Source: Octopus sinensis
Taxonomy: Eukaryota
Assembly: GCF_006345805.1 (NCBI RefSeq)
Contig: NC_043004.1
Location: 104,656,001-104,720,000 of the forward strand
Length of the DNA: 64,000 bases
Reading direction: 5' to 3'
Part shown: positions 25,109-37,589 of the stretch, piece after piece
Numbering within the stretch: the first letter of the stretch is position 1
Layout of the letters: every line of letters starts with the position of its first letter
The notes under the pieces: generated by a model
What the model was told of the DNA's origin: nothing
Seen by the model: only the letters and a program-made list of their open reading frames with translations
Databases searched by the model: none
Translations under genes and position numbers: made by a program

Positions 25109-25279
25109 TACAGCGAAGATAACGTTAATGATGGTGATGATGTCGACGACGACGACAACGACAACGAGGACGGTGACAATGAAGGTGGCGCTGATGGTGG
25201 TGGTACTGCATTTGATAATAAAGGAGATTTTAATTACGCTAATTAACGATAGTGATAATGCTTAACATGATGTTGAATG

Positions 25280-25325
<46 letters not shown>

Positions 25326-25959
25326 GGTGGTGTGGTGGTAGTGGTGATGGGAGAATAGTGAAGGAAATTATACCAGCTTCATCAGCAACAACAAAACATC
25401 ATCAGCAGCAGCAGTGGTTTCCTGCACATAAGGTCATACATTTATACGACAACAATAAACATGTTTTCGTTTGTCTTTATACAAGGTCGCAGCACACACA
25501 CGCGCGCGCGCGCGCGTACACGTGTATGTATGTTTAGTATGTATGTATGTAAGTATGTATGTACCGTGACCTTGTATCTGTCTGTATTATTGTTGTTTAG
25601 TCCCGGGACGACCTTCGAAGAAAACAGTCACAATCAATGAGATTCCTATCTTGACAATTCCATCCTTTTGTTTTTCAAGCGTGGTGTATGTATCCCAGTT
25701 ACACAAACCAGTATGTTCTCTCTGTTTTAAACACAAGGGGGATTTGGTTGTTATTTCTAGCACTTGAAACGGCTACTTTGAGTCTCTCCTTCCATTAAGT
25801 TCGTCTCGGTGTCTCTCTGTGTGGTGAGTCACACTCAACCAATGGTTTGTATTTCTGTCCCTAGAATGTCAGCTCCCTGGATTTTGTGTGGGGAAACCTC
25901 AATTCATCGGAATTTTGTAATTCAGATCTCACCAACTCTCTTTGTCAACTTCTTCAAGC

Positions 25960-26520
25960 GAAAAGAGAAAGAGGAGGGGAGGAGGAGGGAGAGGGGAAGG
26001 GGAGGAGGGAATGAGGAGGAAGTGAGAGGTGGTGGAAGAAAAAGAAAGAGGTGGAGAAAGAGAGAGCGGTGGAGAAAGAGAGAGAGAGGTGAAGAAAGAG
26101 AGAGATAGGTGAAGAAAGGGAGAGAGGTGGAGAAAGAGAGAGACAGATGAAAAAAGAGAGAGAGGTGGAGAAAGAGAGAGAGGTGGAGAAAGAGAGAGAG
26201 GTGGAGGAAGAGAAAGGGAGAGGTGGAGAAAAAGAAGGAGGTAGAGAAAGAGAGAGTGGTAGAGAAAGTGAGAGAGAGGTGAAGAAAGAGAGAGAGAGAT
26301 GAAGAAAGAGAGAGAAAGAGGTGGAGAAAGAGAGAGAGATGAAGAAAGAGAGAGAGAGGTGGAGAAAGAGAGAGAGAGAGGTGGAGAAAGAGAGAGAGAG
26401 AGAGGTGGAGAAAGAGAGAGAAGTGGAGGAAGAGAAAGAGAGGTGGCGGAAGAGAAAGAGAGAGGTGGAGAAAAAGAAGGAGGTAGAGAAAGTGAGAGAG
26501 AGGTGGAGTAAGAGAGGCAG
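25960..26520. repeat. GA-rich minisatellite (~20-bp unit GAGGTGGAGAAAGAGAGAGA)
   Basis: Direct reading. Confidence 0.9.
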
Positions 26521-27311
26521 ACAGACAGACAGGCAAACAGATGCTAGGGGCGCAAGGTTTCTCTCCTCAAGCAAGTTTGATCAAAGACGGATGCAAATGG
26601 CGAAATCGGTTCGCACCCTTCGGGTGCTGATTCATGAATTCTGCCTCTAGATTCCAGTAAGGAGAAGAGTAGGAATGCCGGGAGAGAAAGCTGATTGCAA
26701 TGGTGTAGTGCCCTGGTCCTTCTAGCTGGCAGTTACCCACATCTTTGTGGGAAGGGGAATTTATTTATAGCTAAGTATCATGCTTAATGTATATACCCCG
26801 TTATTAGGCCAGTTTCTGCGTTATTTGTCCTAAGATAACATCTCTTCTTGACAACGATATGTTAGAAGCACAATAAATATCAAATGTCACTAAAATTCAA
26901 CCAAGCAGCGGCCGGAAGAACGATATATGCACTTCGGCTAATTTTAACGGCTCTTTAACCGTGAAGGCCTAGTGTTTTTTTTTTTGGGGAGGGGGATACA
27001 CAATCATAAGATGTCTTCGATCCCTGAATCGGGCCGCGTAGTGTATTCCGAAGAAGGAGTTTCATTTCACATTGCTCCAGGATATATTCAGCAAAAACCA
27101 GTACCTGCTGAATGATGATACAGTCCTCTGGCCTTCTAGATATCATACTCTGGATTTTCCGCCGGGTCATGGATGGGAATATCTGTATCTGGTTACTACT
27201 ACATAAGCACTTGAGATAATTTGCGAAAACGTGGAACATGCTGTCAGAACATACTTGTTGGCGAGTGAAGGAATCTGCTCTTTTTTTCATACATTTTTAA
27301 CTTGTTCTTGC

Positions 27312-27720
27312 CTTTTACTCTTTTACTTGTTTCAGTCATTTGACTGTGCCCATGCTGGAGCACAGCCTTTAGTCGAACAAATCGACCCCAGGTCTTATTC
27401 TTTGTAAGCCTTATACTTATTCTATCGGTCTCTTTTGCCGAACCGCTAAGTTACGGGGACGTGAACACACCACCATTGGTTGTCAAGCGATGTTGGGGGG
27501 AGAAGCACAGACACACAAACATATATACGCACACACATACATATACATATATACATTTATACGGCAGGCTTCTTTTTAGCTTCCGTCTACCAAATCCACT
27601 CACGAGGCTTTGATTGGCCCGAGGCTACAGTAGAAGACACTTGTCCAAGGTGCCATGCAGTGGGACTGAACCCGGAACCATGTGAATCGTAAGCAAGCTA
27701 CTCACCACACAGACACTCCT
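27312..27720 (-). mobile_element. Family A SINE
   Basis: Collinear with the 21631 and 30770 copies. Confidence 0.88.
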
Positions 27721-28033
27721 ATCAATTATTTCTTTTACGACCCCCTCTCTCTTTAGTGTACACACACACACACACATACACAAACAAACATCCTCGCATG
27801 TTTTACATTACATCTATCCTCATTTGGCACTGATTCATTCATCGCTGGTCCTGAATAACATAGTACGCTCAATTGTGAACCGCATTACACTTATCACGTA
27901 TTGATCTGTGATAACACTGGTCGGCGATCACTCAGAGATTCTGCTGAGACCGCAAAAGCTGCCTCCGTTTCATCTACGTTGAGCAATTTACTACGGAACT
28001 GACCACGTGTCATATTTTATGTTTTGTGTTTTA

Positions 28034-28457
28034 TTTGATTCAGTCGTTTGACTGCGGCTATGCTGGAGCACCGCCTTGGCGGATTTTAATCGGACAAATC
28101 GCTTCTGGTACTTATTTATTTTTATTTTTTTCAAGTCTGGTACTTATTCAATTTTTTCTTTTGCCGAACTGCTAAGTTACTGGTACCTAAAGAAACCAGC
28201 GCCGGTTGTCAAGCGGTATGGGAAGGGGGAAACACAGATACAATGACACACACACACACACACACACACACATGCGCGCGCGCGTGTGTCTGTGTGCAGG
28301 AGTAGGAATGGCTTCTACATATTTTCCATCGACTAAATTCACTCACAAGGGTTTGTTTGCCCGGAATTATAGCAGAAGTGACTTGCCCAAGGTGTCGTGC
28401 AATGGGACTGAACGTAAAATTAGTCTTCCTAAAGCAAGCTTCTTAACCACGCAGCCA
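28034..28457 (-). mobile_element. Family A SINE, diverged
   Basis: Recognisable tail and head, more substitutions. Confidence 0.7.
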
Positions 28458-28562
28458 TCTTCATTTCATTTTTTTTTGTTCGGAGTTTTTTTTTACCCCT
28501 TTAATGGAGTAGATTTTGTTTAATTATAAAAAAAATATTGTTGTATTTCGGGATGGCCATTT

Positions 28563-28820
28563 TTTTTTTGCCAAATAAACACATGCACTATGTATTTTTT
28601 CTTCACTCGTTTATTTCTGTTCTTATTTTATTATTTTAACTCATGTCCATTGTCCGGAAACTTTTTGCTACACATCTGTGACCTCTTCAGCGACACTTTT
28701 CGCTTTCGTGTGTGCTCCTGCTCCACTTACTCCATGGACATAAGTTAAAATAATAAAATAAGAACAGTAATAAACGAGTGAAGAAAAGTATATGGTGCGT
28801 GTGTTTATTTGGCAAAAAAA
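28563..28820. repeat. Foldback with ~87-bp arms and an 83-bp centre
   Basis: 28563-28650 vs the reverse complement of 28734-28820. The centre on the minus strand has GTCG CTGAAGA GGTCAC, a decayed hammerhead-like half. Confidence 0.85.
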
Positions 28821-29008
28821 TAATGACATCTGTTTCAACACGCGATTTCAAAACGAATTAATTATAAGAAAAACTATTGGAAAATATATTTGTACGTGCA
28901 GTGGCAGACTCAAATGATAATCAGGAAAACGATTTCTATGAAAACCGGAGTAATTATGTGTTTTGTCCTCTTGTATAACGTCATCGAAACCACCATCATC
29001 CGACCTAC

Positions 29009-29413
29009 TCTCTTTTACTCTTTTACTTGTTTCAGTCAGTTGACTGCGGCCATGCTGGAGCACCGCCTTCAATCGAGCCACTCGACCCCGGGACTTATTC
29101 TTTGTAAGCCCAGTACTTATTCTATCGGTCTCTTTTGCCGAACCGCTAAGTGGCGGGGACATAAATACACCAGCATCGGTTATCAAGCAATGCTAGGGGG
29201 ACAAACACAGACACACAAACATACACGCACACACACATATTTATATACATATACATATATACGACGGGCTTCTTTCAGTTTCCGTCCACCAAATCCACTC
29301 ACAAGGCTTTGGTCAGCCCGAGGCTATAGTAGAAGACACTTGCCCAAGGTGCCACGCAGTGAGACTGAACCCGGAACCATGTGGTTGGTAAGCACAGACA
29401 CTTACCACACAAC
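29009..29413 (-). mobile_element. Family A SINE
   Basis: Collinear with other copies; head end abuts a family B SINE. Confidence 0.85.
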
Positions 29414-29414
29414 C

Positions 29415-29646
29415 TATTTCTTTATTACCCACAAGGGGCTAAACATAGAGGGGACAAACAAGGACAGACATAGGTATTAAGTCGATTACATCGACCCCAG
29501 TGCGTAACTGGTACTTAATTTATCGAGCCCGAAAGGATGAAAGACAAAGTCGACCTCAGCGGAATTTGAACTCACAACGTTGCGCCAGACGAAATACCGC
29601 TAAGCATTTCGCCCGGCACGCTAACGTTTCTGCCAGCTCGCCGCCT
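29415..29646 (-). mobile_element. Family B SINE monomer
   Basis: The tail reads AGCCCCTTGTGGGTAATAAAGAAATA on the minus strand. Confidence 0.88.
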
Positions 29647-29974
29647 TAATTATTCTATTGGGGGACAAACACACACACACACATACACACGCGGACGCAC
29701 ACGCACACAAGCACACATATGCACGCACACACACATATACGCACACACACATACACGCACACACACATATATACACGACAGGCTTCTTTCAGTTTCCGTT
29801 TACCACATCCACTCACAAGGCTTTGGTCGGCACAACCATTCCTACGCCTACCTCACGATAAACTTGTACAACACTTCTCTTCGTAGCAGCACTAGCGGCA
29901 GTAGCTCCAGATCCAGCACTACATGAACGGTCATCATCAGCAGCAGTAGCAGCGTGACCAACAGCAGTAGCAGT

Positions 29975-30526
29975 GGAAGGGCAATGGTTCAGTGGTTAGG
30001 GCAGCGGACTCGCGGTCGTAAGAACGCAGTTTCGATTCCCAGACGGGCATTGGGAGTATTTATTGTGCAAAAACACCTAAGCTCCACGAGGTTCCGGCGG
30101 GATGGGGTGGGGTGGGGGTGAACTCCGCTGTACTCTTTTACCACAACTTTCTCTCACTCTTTCTTCCTACTTCTGTCACAAAACAGAGGAACCATGGTGT
30201 AACCCCCCCCCCTATGGTGTGGTAAACTTTCAGACCCTAGTCTAGATTGCGAATCCTCTGTACCCCAGGATGGTTCAGCTCTTCACCTGTTAAAAAGCCA
30301 GCGTTTACGGAATGAGGATAACAACGTAGCTTTCGCGCCCATGCAACCACCAGTCTATCACGTGTGGTGGGGTGGATGTTCAAGTTACCACGCGCATTCT
30401 TAGTAGCTTAGAGTAGGCTCGAATTAGAGATTATTCTTTATGGCTAAGGGCGTGAGTCCTAATTGGAAGAAGAAGAAGAAGAAGAAGAAGAAGAAGAAGA
30501 AGAAGAAGAAGAAGAAGAGGAGGAGG
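29975..30526 (+). mobile_element. Family C SINE variant with a (GAA)n tail (second copy)
   Basis: Collinear with 24537-25108. Confidence 0.8.
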
Positions 30527-30769
30527 ACGTCAGACTTTGCAGCGTGCCACCAGCAGTGAACATCGCGCAAGGACTTGTAACGCGGCCAGTATTAACAACA
30601 GTATCGCCAGCGTATGGAATAACACAAATGCAACCTCAATTACGTACCAGAATGACCCGGAAACAACCCCCAAAATGATACCCGAAAACTAAACATAAAC
30701 CGAAATTATATTCATCATTAAACAAATAAATAACGAAATGTAAATATTTATATAAATGAAACATAAACT

Positions 30770-30927
30770 AGGAGTGGCTATGTGGTAAGTAGCTTGCTTA
30801 CCAACCACATGGTTCCGGGTTCAGTCCCACTGCGTGGCATCTTGAGCAAGTGTCTTCTGCTATAGCCCCGGGCCGACCAATGCCTTGTGAGTGGATTTGG
30901 TAGACGGAAACTGAAAGAAGCCTGTCG

Positions 30928-30970
<43 letters not shown>

Positions 30971-31177
30971 CTGTGTTTGTCCCCCTAGCATTGCTTGACA
31001 ACCGATGCTGGTGTGTTTGCGTCCCCGTAACTTAGCGGTTCGGCAAAAGAAACCGATAGAATAAGTACTAGGCTTACAAAAAAGAATAAGTCCCGGGATC
31101 GATTTGCTCGACTAAAGGCGGTGCTCCAGCATGGCCGCAGTCAAATGACTGAAACAAGTAAAAGAGTAAAAGAGTAG
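30770..31177 (+). mobile_element. Family A SINE, full length
   Basis: GGAGTGGCTATGTGGTAAGTAGCTTGC head to AAGTAAAAGAGTAAAAGAG tail. Confidence 0.9.
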
Positions 31178-31675
31178 AAAACTGACAAATATTTGTATCC
31201 AAAATAAACCACAAAACCGTTAATCCTTTGTACCCGTCTAAAACATTTTCTGAAGTTTGTCTCAAACGGATATGTTCGTTACCAGACTTTATAGTTGGTC
31301 TTTGTAAAATAATATAATGTAAAATAACAAAGAGCTTTCTTTTCATAAGTCCCAATTTACTGTAATGGTGGAAAAAATTGGGGATATGTATCATTTATGA
31401 TGCATGGATACTAGGGAGATATGTCCTGTGTATCACATCTGGTTGTTCCTCTTCGATTACTATCGCATACAGCAGTAGCTTTCTTCAACTGATCCACACA
31501 TTGTTCTCCACTTTTATAAATGTCGGCAGCTTTGATACTGAGCCGATTGGGTTTTGAACCGACTCGTTACTTTAGTGCAATGATAGGGGTGTAATGAAGA
31601 TGAATAGAGGTGTCAAAAAGCGTTTCAGTTACACCTGTAGTCGTCTTCAGAATAAAATGTGTGTAGGTGTACGTG

Positions 31676-31733
<58 letters not shown>

Positions 31734-31800
31734 GATTGCGAAGTGTGGGACTAGGTGAAATTAGGCAGAGATAAATAGATAAAGGAGTGAGAGGGGGAAA

Positions 31801-32632
31801 TAATATATATATATCTATATCTCTCTTCATGACTACTTAACGAGGAAACAAAAGCAAAAAAATGTTAACACTATAAACTCGCATTCATTGAGTTCAAGTT
31901 GGGAGGTTTACCACTAAGAAAAGAAAAAAAGGAAAACAGGAAACAAACGTATGTCGATGGAATGCTTAGCTTGAATGAAAATGAAATAAAATACATATAT
32001 AAAATGAGTGGAATGGGTTGGGCAGGGTTTTAATCAAGTAACCATGCGTGTGCGTGCGAAAAATTTCTTTTTATTTGTTCTTGGGATTAACAACGTTTTT
32101 TTAAAGTTTGTTGAGGAAGTTTATAGGAGAATGTATGCACTAACGCGTGCCTTTGTGTTGGCGTGATTGTGTTATCCCCTCCTCTTTGCTTAGGGATAAC
32201 ACAAGAAAAACATTAACCTCATTCAAGAGCAATATTAACCGCGCTGATCTACCCGTGCTAGGGAACCTACACACGCACATGCGCGTGGACACACACACAC
32301 ATACATCCATACATACTACATACATACATACATACATACATACATACATACGCACAGATAACACACATATATACATACATACATACATACGCACACATGA
32401 CAACATATATATACATACATACATACATGCGTACACACACATACATACTATATAAATCCTTAAATCCTTAAAAATGTTTTAGCCCGAAGGCCGCGGCCAT
32501 GCTGGGGCACCACCGCTGAATGAGCTACACTAGTTTGTGAATCCACCTGATACGTGGCACTTGATCAACAAGGGATTCGATGCTGCTGCCCGCATCCGTG
32601 TCTCCTGTCGGAGGTAGGTTCATCTGGGACTC

Positions 32633-32671
<39 letters not shown>

Positions 32672-33509
32672 TATATCTCTCTATCTCTCTTCATGACTAC
32701 TTAACGAGGAAACAAAAGCAAAAAAATGTTAACACTATAAACTCGCATTCATTGAGTTCAAGTTGGGAGGTTTACCACTAAGAAAAGAAAAAAAGGAAAA
32801 CAGGAAACAAACGTATGTCGATGGAATGCTTAGCTTGAATGAAAATGAAATAAAATACATATATAAACTGAGTGGAATGGGTTGGGCAGGGTTTCTAATC
32901 AAGTAAACCATGCGTGTGCGTGCGAAAAAATTTCTTTTTATTTGTTCCTTGGGATTAACAACGTTTTTTTAAAGTTTGTTGAGGAAGTTTATAGGAGAAT
33001 GTATGCACTAACGCGTGCCTTTGTGTTGGCGTGATTGTGTTATCCTCCTCCTCTTTGCTTAGGGATAACACAAGAAAAACATTAACCTCATTCAAGAGCA
33101 ATATTAACCGCGCTGATCTACCCGTGCTAGGGAACCTACACACGCACATGCGCGTGGACACACACACACATACATCCATACATACGTACATACATACATA
33201 CATACATACATACATACATACGCACAGATAGACACACATATATACATACATACATACATACGCACACATAGACACACATATATATACATACATACATACA
33301 TGCGTACACACACATACATACATATATAAATCCTTAAATCCTTAAAAATGTTTTAGCCCGAAGGCCGCGGCCATGCTGGGGCACCACCGCTGAATGAGCT
33401 ACACTAGTTTGTGAATCCACCTCTGATACGTGGCACTTGATCAACAAGGGAGTTCGATGCTGCTGCCCGCATCCGTGTCTCCTGTCGGAGGTAGGTTCAT
33501 CTGGGACTC

Positions 33510-33550
<41 letters not shown>
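31801..33550. repeat. Direct tandem duplication of an ~870-bp unit
   Basis: TCATGACTACTTAACGAGG at 31827 and 32691; CTGGGACTCCC at 32624 and 33501; boundaries fall in (TA)n. Confidence 0.92.
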
Positions 33551-33555
<5 letters not shown>

Positions 33556-33557
33556 TT

Positions 33558-33589
<32 letters not shown>

Positions 33590-33601
33590 GTAGGTAGGTA
33601 T

Positions 33602-33657
<56 letters not shown>

Positions 33658-33661
33658 GTAT

Positions 33662-33704
<43 letters not shown>

Positions 33705-33712
33705 GATTAGAT

Positions 33713-33752
<40 letters not shown>

Positions 33753-34144
33753 TGTTTCTTTATTAGCCACACAGGGCTGCACACAGAACAAATTACAAGG
33801 TAGAGCTTTTCTTTTGAAGGTAAAAAAATAAAAAATTAAATTAAAATAAAAAAAGGGGGGGGGTCGATCAAAAGGGATCGTAAAAGGAGAGAGAAGAGGA
33901 CAAAAAAAGGGGGGTGTAAAAAAAAAAGGGGAGAGGAAAAAATTGATCAATAGGGATCGTTATCACAGAAATGTCAATATGAAGTGTAAAGGGAGGACAG
34001 GTGAGGTTTACCCGTGGAAAGAAAAGCCTACGGAAAAGACCACGGTAACCTCGGTCAATGAAGTCACATGTTATATTTCTTTTTTTTTTTTTTTTTTGCA
34101 ATAAGCAACTCTCTGTATTAATTTTACGGTTCATAGAATCATAG

Positions 34145-37100
34145 TCAGGTGGCTTCGTCATTCATACGTGCCATCCTTGCTACATTCACCCATCTTTTTT
34201 AAAACATTCACTAGACAAACTTGCCTCTCTACTCTCACTTTTTCTTCAAGTGATCTTGAAGAAGTTGATGAGAGATTGACCAGAGAGGAAAGTGTTTGTC
34301 TCTAATCCTTTCAGGCGCGTCCACCAGATACATTCTTTCGCCATAGCCACAAGTATGATAAAAATAGCTCTTCCTTCCCGTTTGAAGGAAGGAGGCGTGA
34401 CGATATTAACGATAGACTCGGCTGATAAACCGACACGTCCACACACGTGACAGCAGTCGTTCGACATAAGCCCAAGGTGGGAAATTGCTGGACACTGCAC
34501 GATTGCGTGCAGAGCGGTTTCGTCGCTCTGCCCGCATCTCGGTAGGTCGGCCCCGTGTTCCTCGAGCCATGCCTATAGAGCTTATCCCGAACGGGTAGCG
34601 CTTCTCGGTAGCACCGCCAGGCCAGGGATCTCTGGAAGTTGTCCATAGGTCCCGGGCCGAAAGTCGTTTGAAACAGGCGGGTCAGGTATTCCTCGTCGAC
34701 GCCCAGGTTTGCCCCGAGCTCGTCGTCGTACCTCCCCTCCACTAATCCCCTATAGAATGCTTTGGTTGTGTTGAAGTCACTCAAGGTCGACCCGGGACGG
34801 CAGAGTTGCTTGAGAGCAACGCGACACTCGCGGTGCCATTCGCCCTTCCTCGCCTCTTTTTGATCCACGACTGTAGTTCGGTCATGGAGACGAGTTGCGG
34901 GAATGCGTGCCTCACAAACGGCGACCACACCTGTTCACCGTCGTCTACATAGAGCCGGAGATGTCGCAGTCTCAGCGCGTGTCTGCGCATCATCAACCAC
35001 GGCATGCCCAGCCCTCCTTTTAACGGGTGTTGACAGCAAATGGATCGCCTGACCATCGGGACGCATCCTTTCCACAAGAAGCGGAAGAGGATGCGTTCTA
35101 GTTTGGTGATGGTAGGGTCGGGACAAGGTACGACGGTCAGGCGGTAGTAGATGATGGACGCGATGTACGCGTTCACCACCTCCGCCCGACCTTTTAGGGA
35201 CAGTTTCCTCTCTCGGCCCATTGCTGGGCGAGAGTGACCACCCTACTCGTTATCTCGTTCCAGTTCTTCTTCTCCATTTGGAGGTCCGGACCGAACCAGA
35301 CCCCGAGCAACTCAACCGGGCCGTCTGTCCAGTGTCCCACGACGGAGGTACTGGTGGACGGCATGGGCTTGCTTCTCCAGGTGCCGAGCCGCAAGCCCAC
35401 TGACTTTTCCCGGTTGATTTTTGCTCCTGTCACCGCTTCGTAGTCTTTCAGTGTCTCGCCGACCCGCTCGATGTGCTCGTGGCTTGACACTATGACGGTG
35501 ACGTCGTCCGCGTATGCAGACACGCTCGTCCCGCATCCCAATTCTCGCGGGATGCCCCTTAGAGTCGCCAGCTTCCGCAGTAGTGGCTCAAGAGTCAATA
35601 CATATAGAAGCGCCGAGAGGGGGCATCCCTGACGGACCGAACGTGCAATGTCGAAAGGTCTCGATAGATGTCCATTTACGCGAATTACCGAACGGATGCC
35701 TCTGTACAAGGCAGCTATCCAGCCGCGGAAGACGGGACCGAAACCAGCCGCTCTCAGGACTGCCTCCAAGTATCGATGGTCTACCCTATCAAAGGCTTTC
35801 GATTGATCCAAGTTGATCAGGGCCCCACCCATGCCAGGTTCGTTAATTACCCTGTCTATGATGTAGCGCATCAGATGGAGGTTGTCATGGATGCTCCGGC
35901 CCGGCACGGCGCACGTTTGTGCGTTGTCGACCAGTTTCTCGATGACAAGCGCCAACCTCTTGGCTAACACCTTTGTCAAAATTTTCAGGTCTGCATTGAG
36001 CAGCGTGATTGGTCTAAAGTTATCTATAATGTTTCCCTTGTTTGGATCTTCCTTCAGCAGAGTTACAGCTCCTCGACTCACAAAACCGGGTATGCTCCCG
36101 TTTTGCTGCCAGTTGCAGTATACCTCTGCCAAGACGTCTCCAAACAAGTCTGGCATACAATTGTAAAACTCGTAGGGTAGACCATCCAAACCCGGTGATT
36201 TGTCCCTCGAGCATTCTGCTATCGCTTCCTGCACTTCCGCCGCCGTGATGGCACCTTCGCATCACCCTGCCTTTCTTGTCGAGAGTCGTGGCAGGCTATG
36301 TAGGTAGGCACTGAAGTCCACCCTACGTTCTTGCCCTCCACTCGTCCCGAACAGTCGGGCAAAATGCTGCTGAAAGGCCTCACACATTTTACTTGGCTCG
36401 AGCAATTCGCGCCCCTGTTCATCTACCAGTGACCGAATGGTGGCTTTGTTGCCCTGCTGCGCCTCCGCCACCCGGGCCTCTCTCGCAGCTCCAACACCTT
36501 CGTTCCTTAGAGCACGCAACCTAGCTCTGACAGCACATCCTTCGTGTTTGGCGTTGAAGTGTTGGTCGAGGGCCAACCTCGACGCCAAAACGTCGGATGC
36601 GATGCCGCTTCTAATTGCCTCTTCTAGCTTCTTAACTAGCTCACCCTCTACTCTATTTCTATCTATGGCTAGTGCTTTGCTGTACCTAATCGCTTCTGCT
36701 TTTACTGCTCTCTTGAGGGCAAACCACCATTTGTTGTTGATGATGGCTCCCGTCAAAGCCCTCTTTACTAGTGTGCTAATCCGGTCTCTGAAAACTTGTC
36801 TGGACGGGAATGATGCGTTCAGTTTCCAGTACCCAGGACCCTGTCTATGTGCCTTATCTAAGTCTAGCGTACACGTCACCAATTTGTGATCCGTGTAGCT
36901 GACTGTGTGGAATTGTGGACATCCTAAGTTATCCTTGTCTACTGTCCTACACAGTATCCTATCTAGATACGATCTCGACGACCCACTGCGGTTGCTCCAT
37001 GTCCACGTTGGTGCATTTGGGTGGTCGAGTCGGTATCTGTCAGACAGTTGGAATCGTCTGAGCAGGTCTCTGAGGCATTTGCATCCCCTTCTGTTTCTGT

Positions 37101-37568
37101 CTCTCTACCCACGTAGTGTCTACATGCGTGTCCAAGGTAGCATTCCAATCCCCCACTAAGAGTAAAGACGAGACGTTCCCAAGAATACTTCTAGACGTCG
37201 AAAGAAATCCGCCCGACCTGTTAAGGGCGGTGCGTAGACTGATACGAGTCGAAAAGCGCACCCATTGCTGCCGTCAACACCCAGAACGACAGTCTACCCT
37301 CCGGGTCTACGAATATCGTCTTGACTTCGAGATCCAGGCTCTTGTGAAAAAGTACCGCGGTGCCACTACCGCCCATCCTCGGCAGACAGGGAGCGAAATA
37401 AATGTTAAACTGTCCGCCAAACATGGACTTTAGGGCCCGTGGCTCGTGGAGTCTGGTCTCACTTATGGCTATGATTCCCAAATCATGTGACTTGATGTCA
37501 TTTAGGAGGTATCCTTGTTTCAAGGAGACCCCAAGGCCACGCGCATTCACACAACCAATCTTGACCAT
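34145..37568 (-). CDS. LINE ORF2, APE endonuclease plus reverse transcriptase (multiple frameshifts as assembled)
   Basis: MVKIGCVNARGL, IAISETRL, VGDWNATLD, GPGYWKLN, SPGLDGLP, FRPITLLNADLKIL, LDQSKAFDRVDH, QGCPLS, YADD and RDKL...ETALHAIVQC motifs appear in order. Confidence 0.88.
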
Positions 37569-37589
37569 GATTCTATTGGGGTGTGTGCT

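Noticed and set aside
26955-27290. 111-aa minus-strand ORF in unique sequence
   Set aside because: No recognisable motif or exon boundaries.
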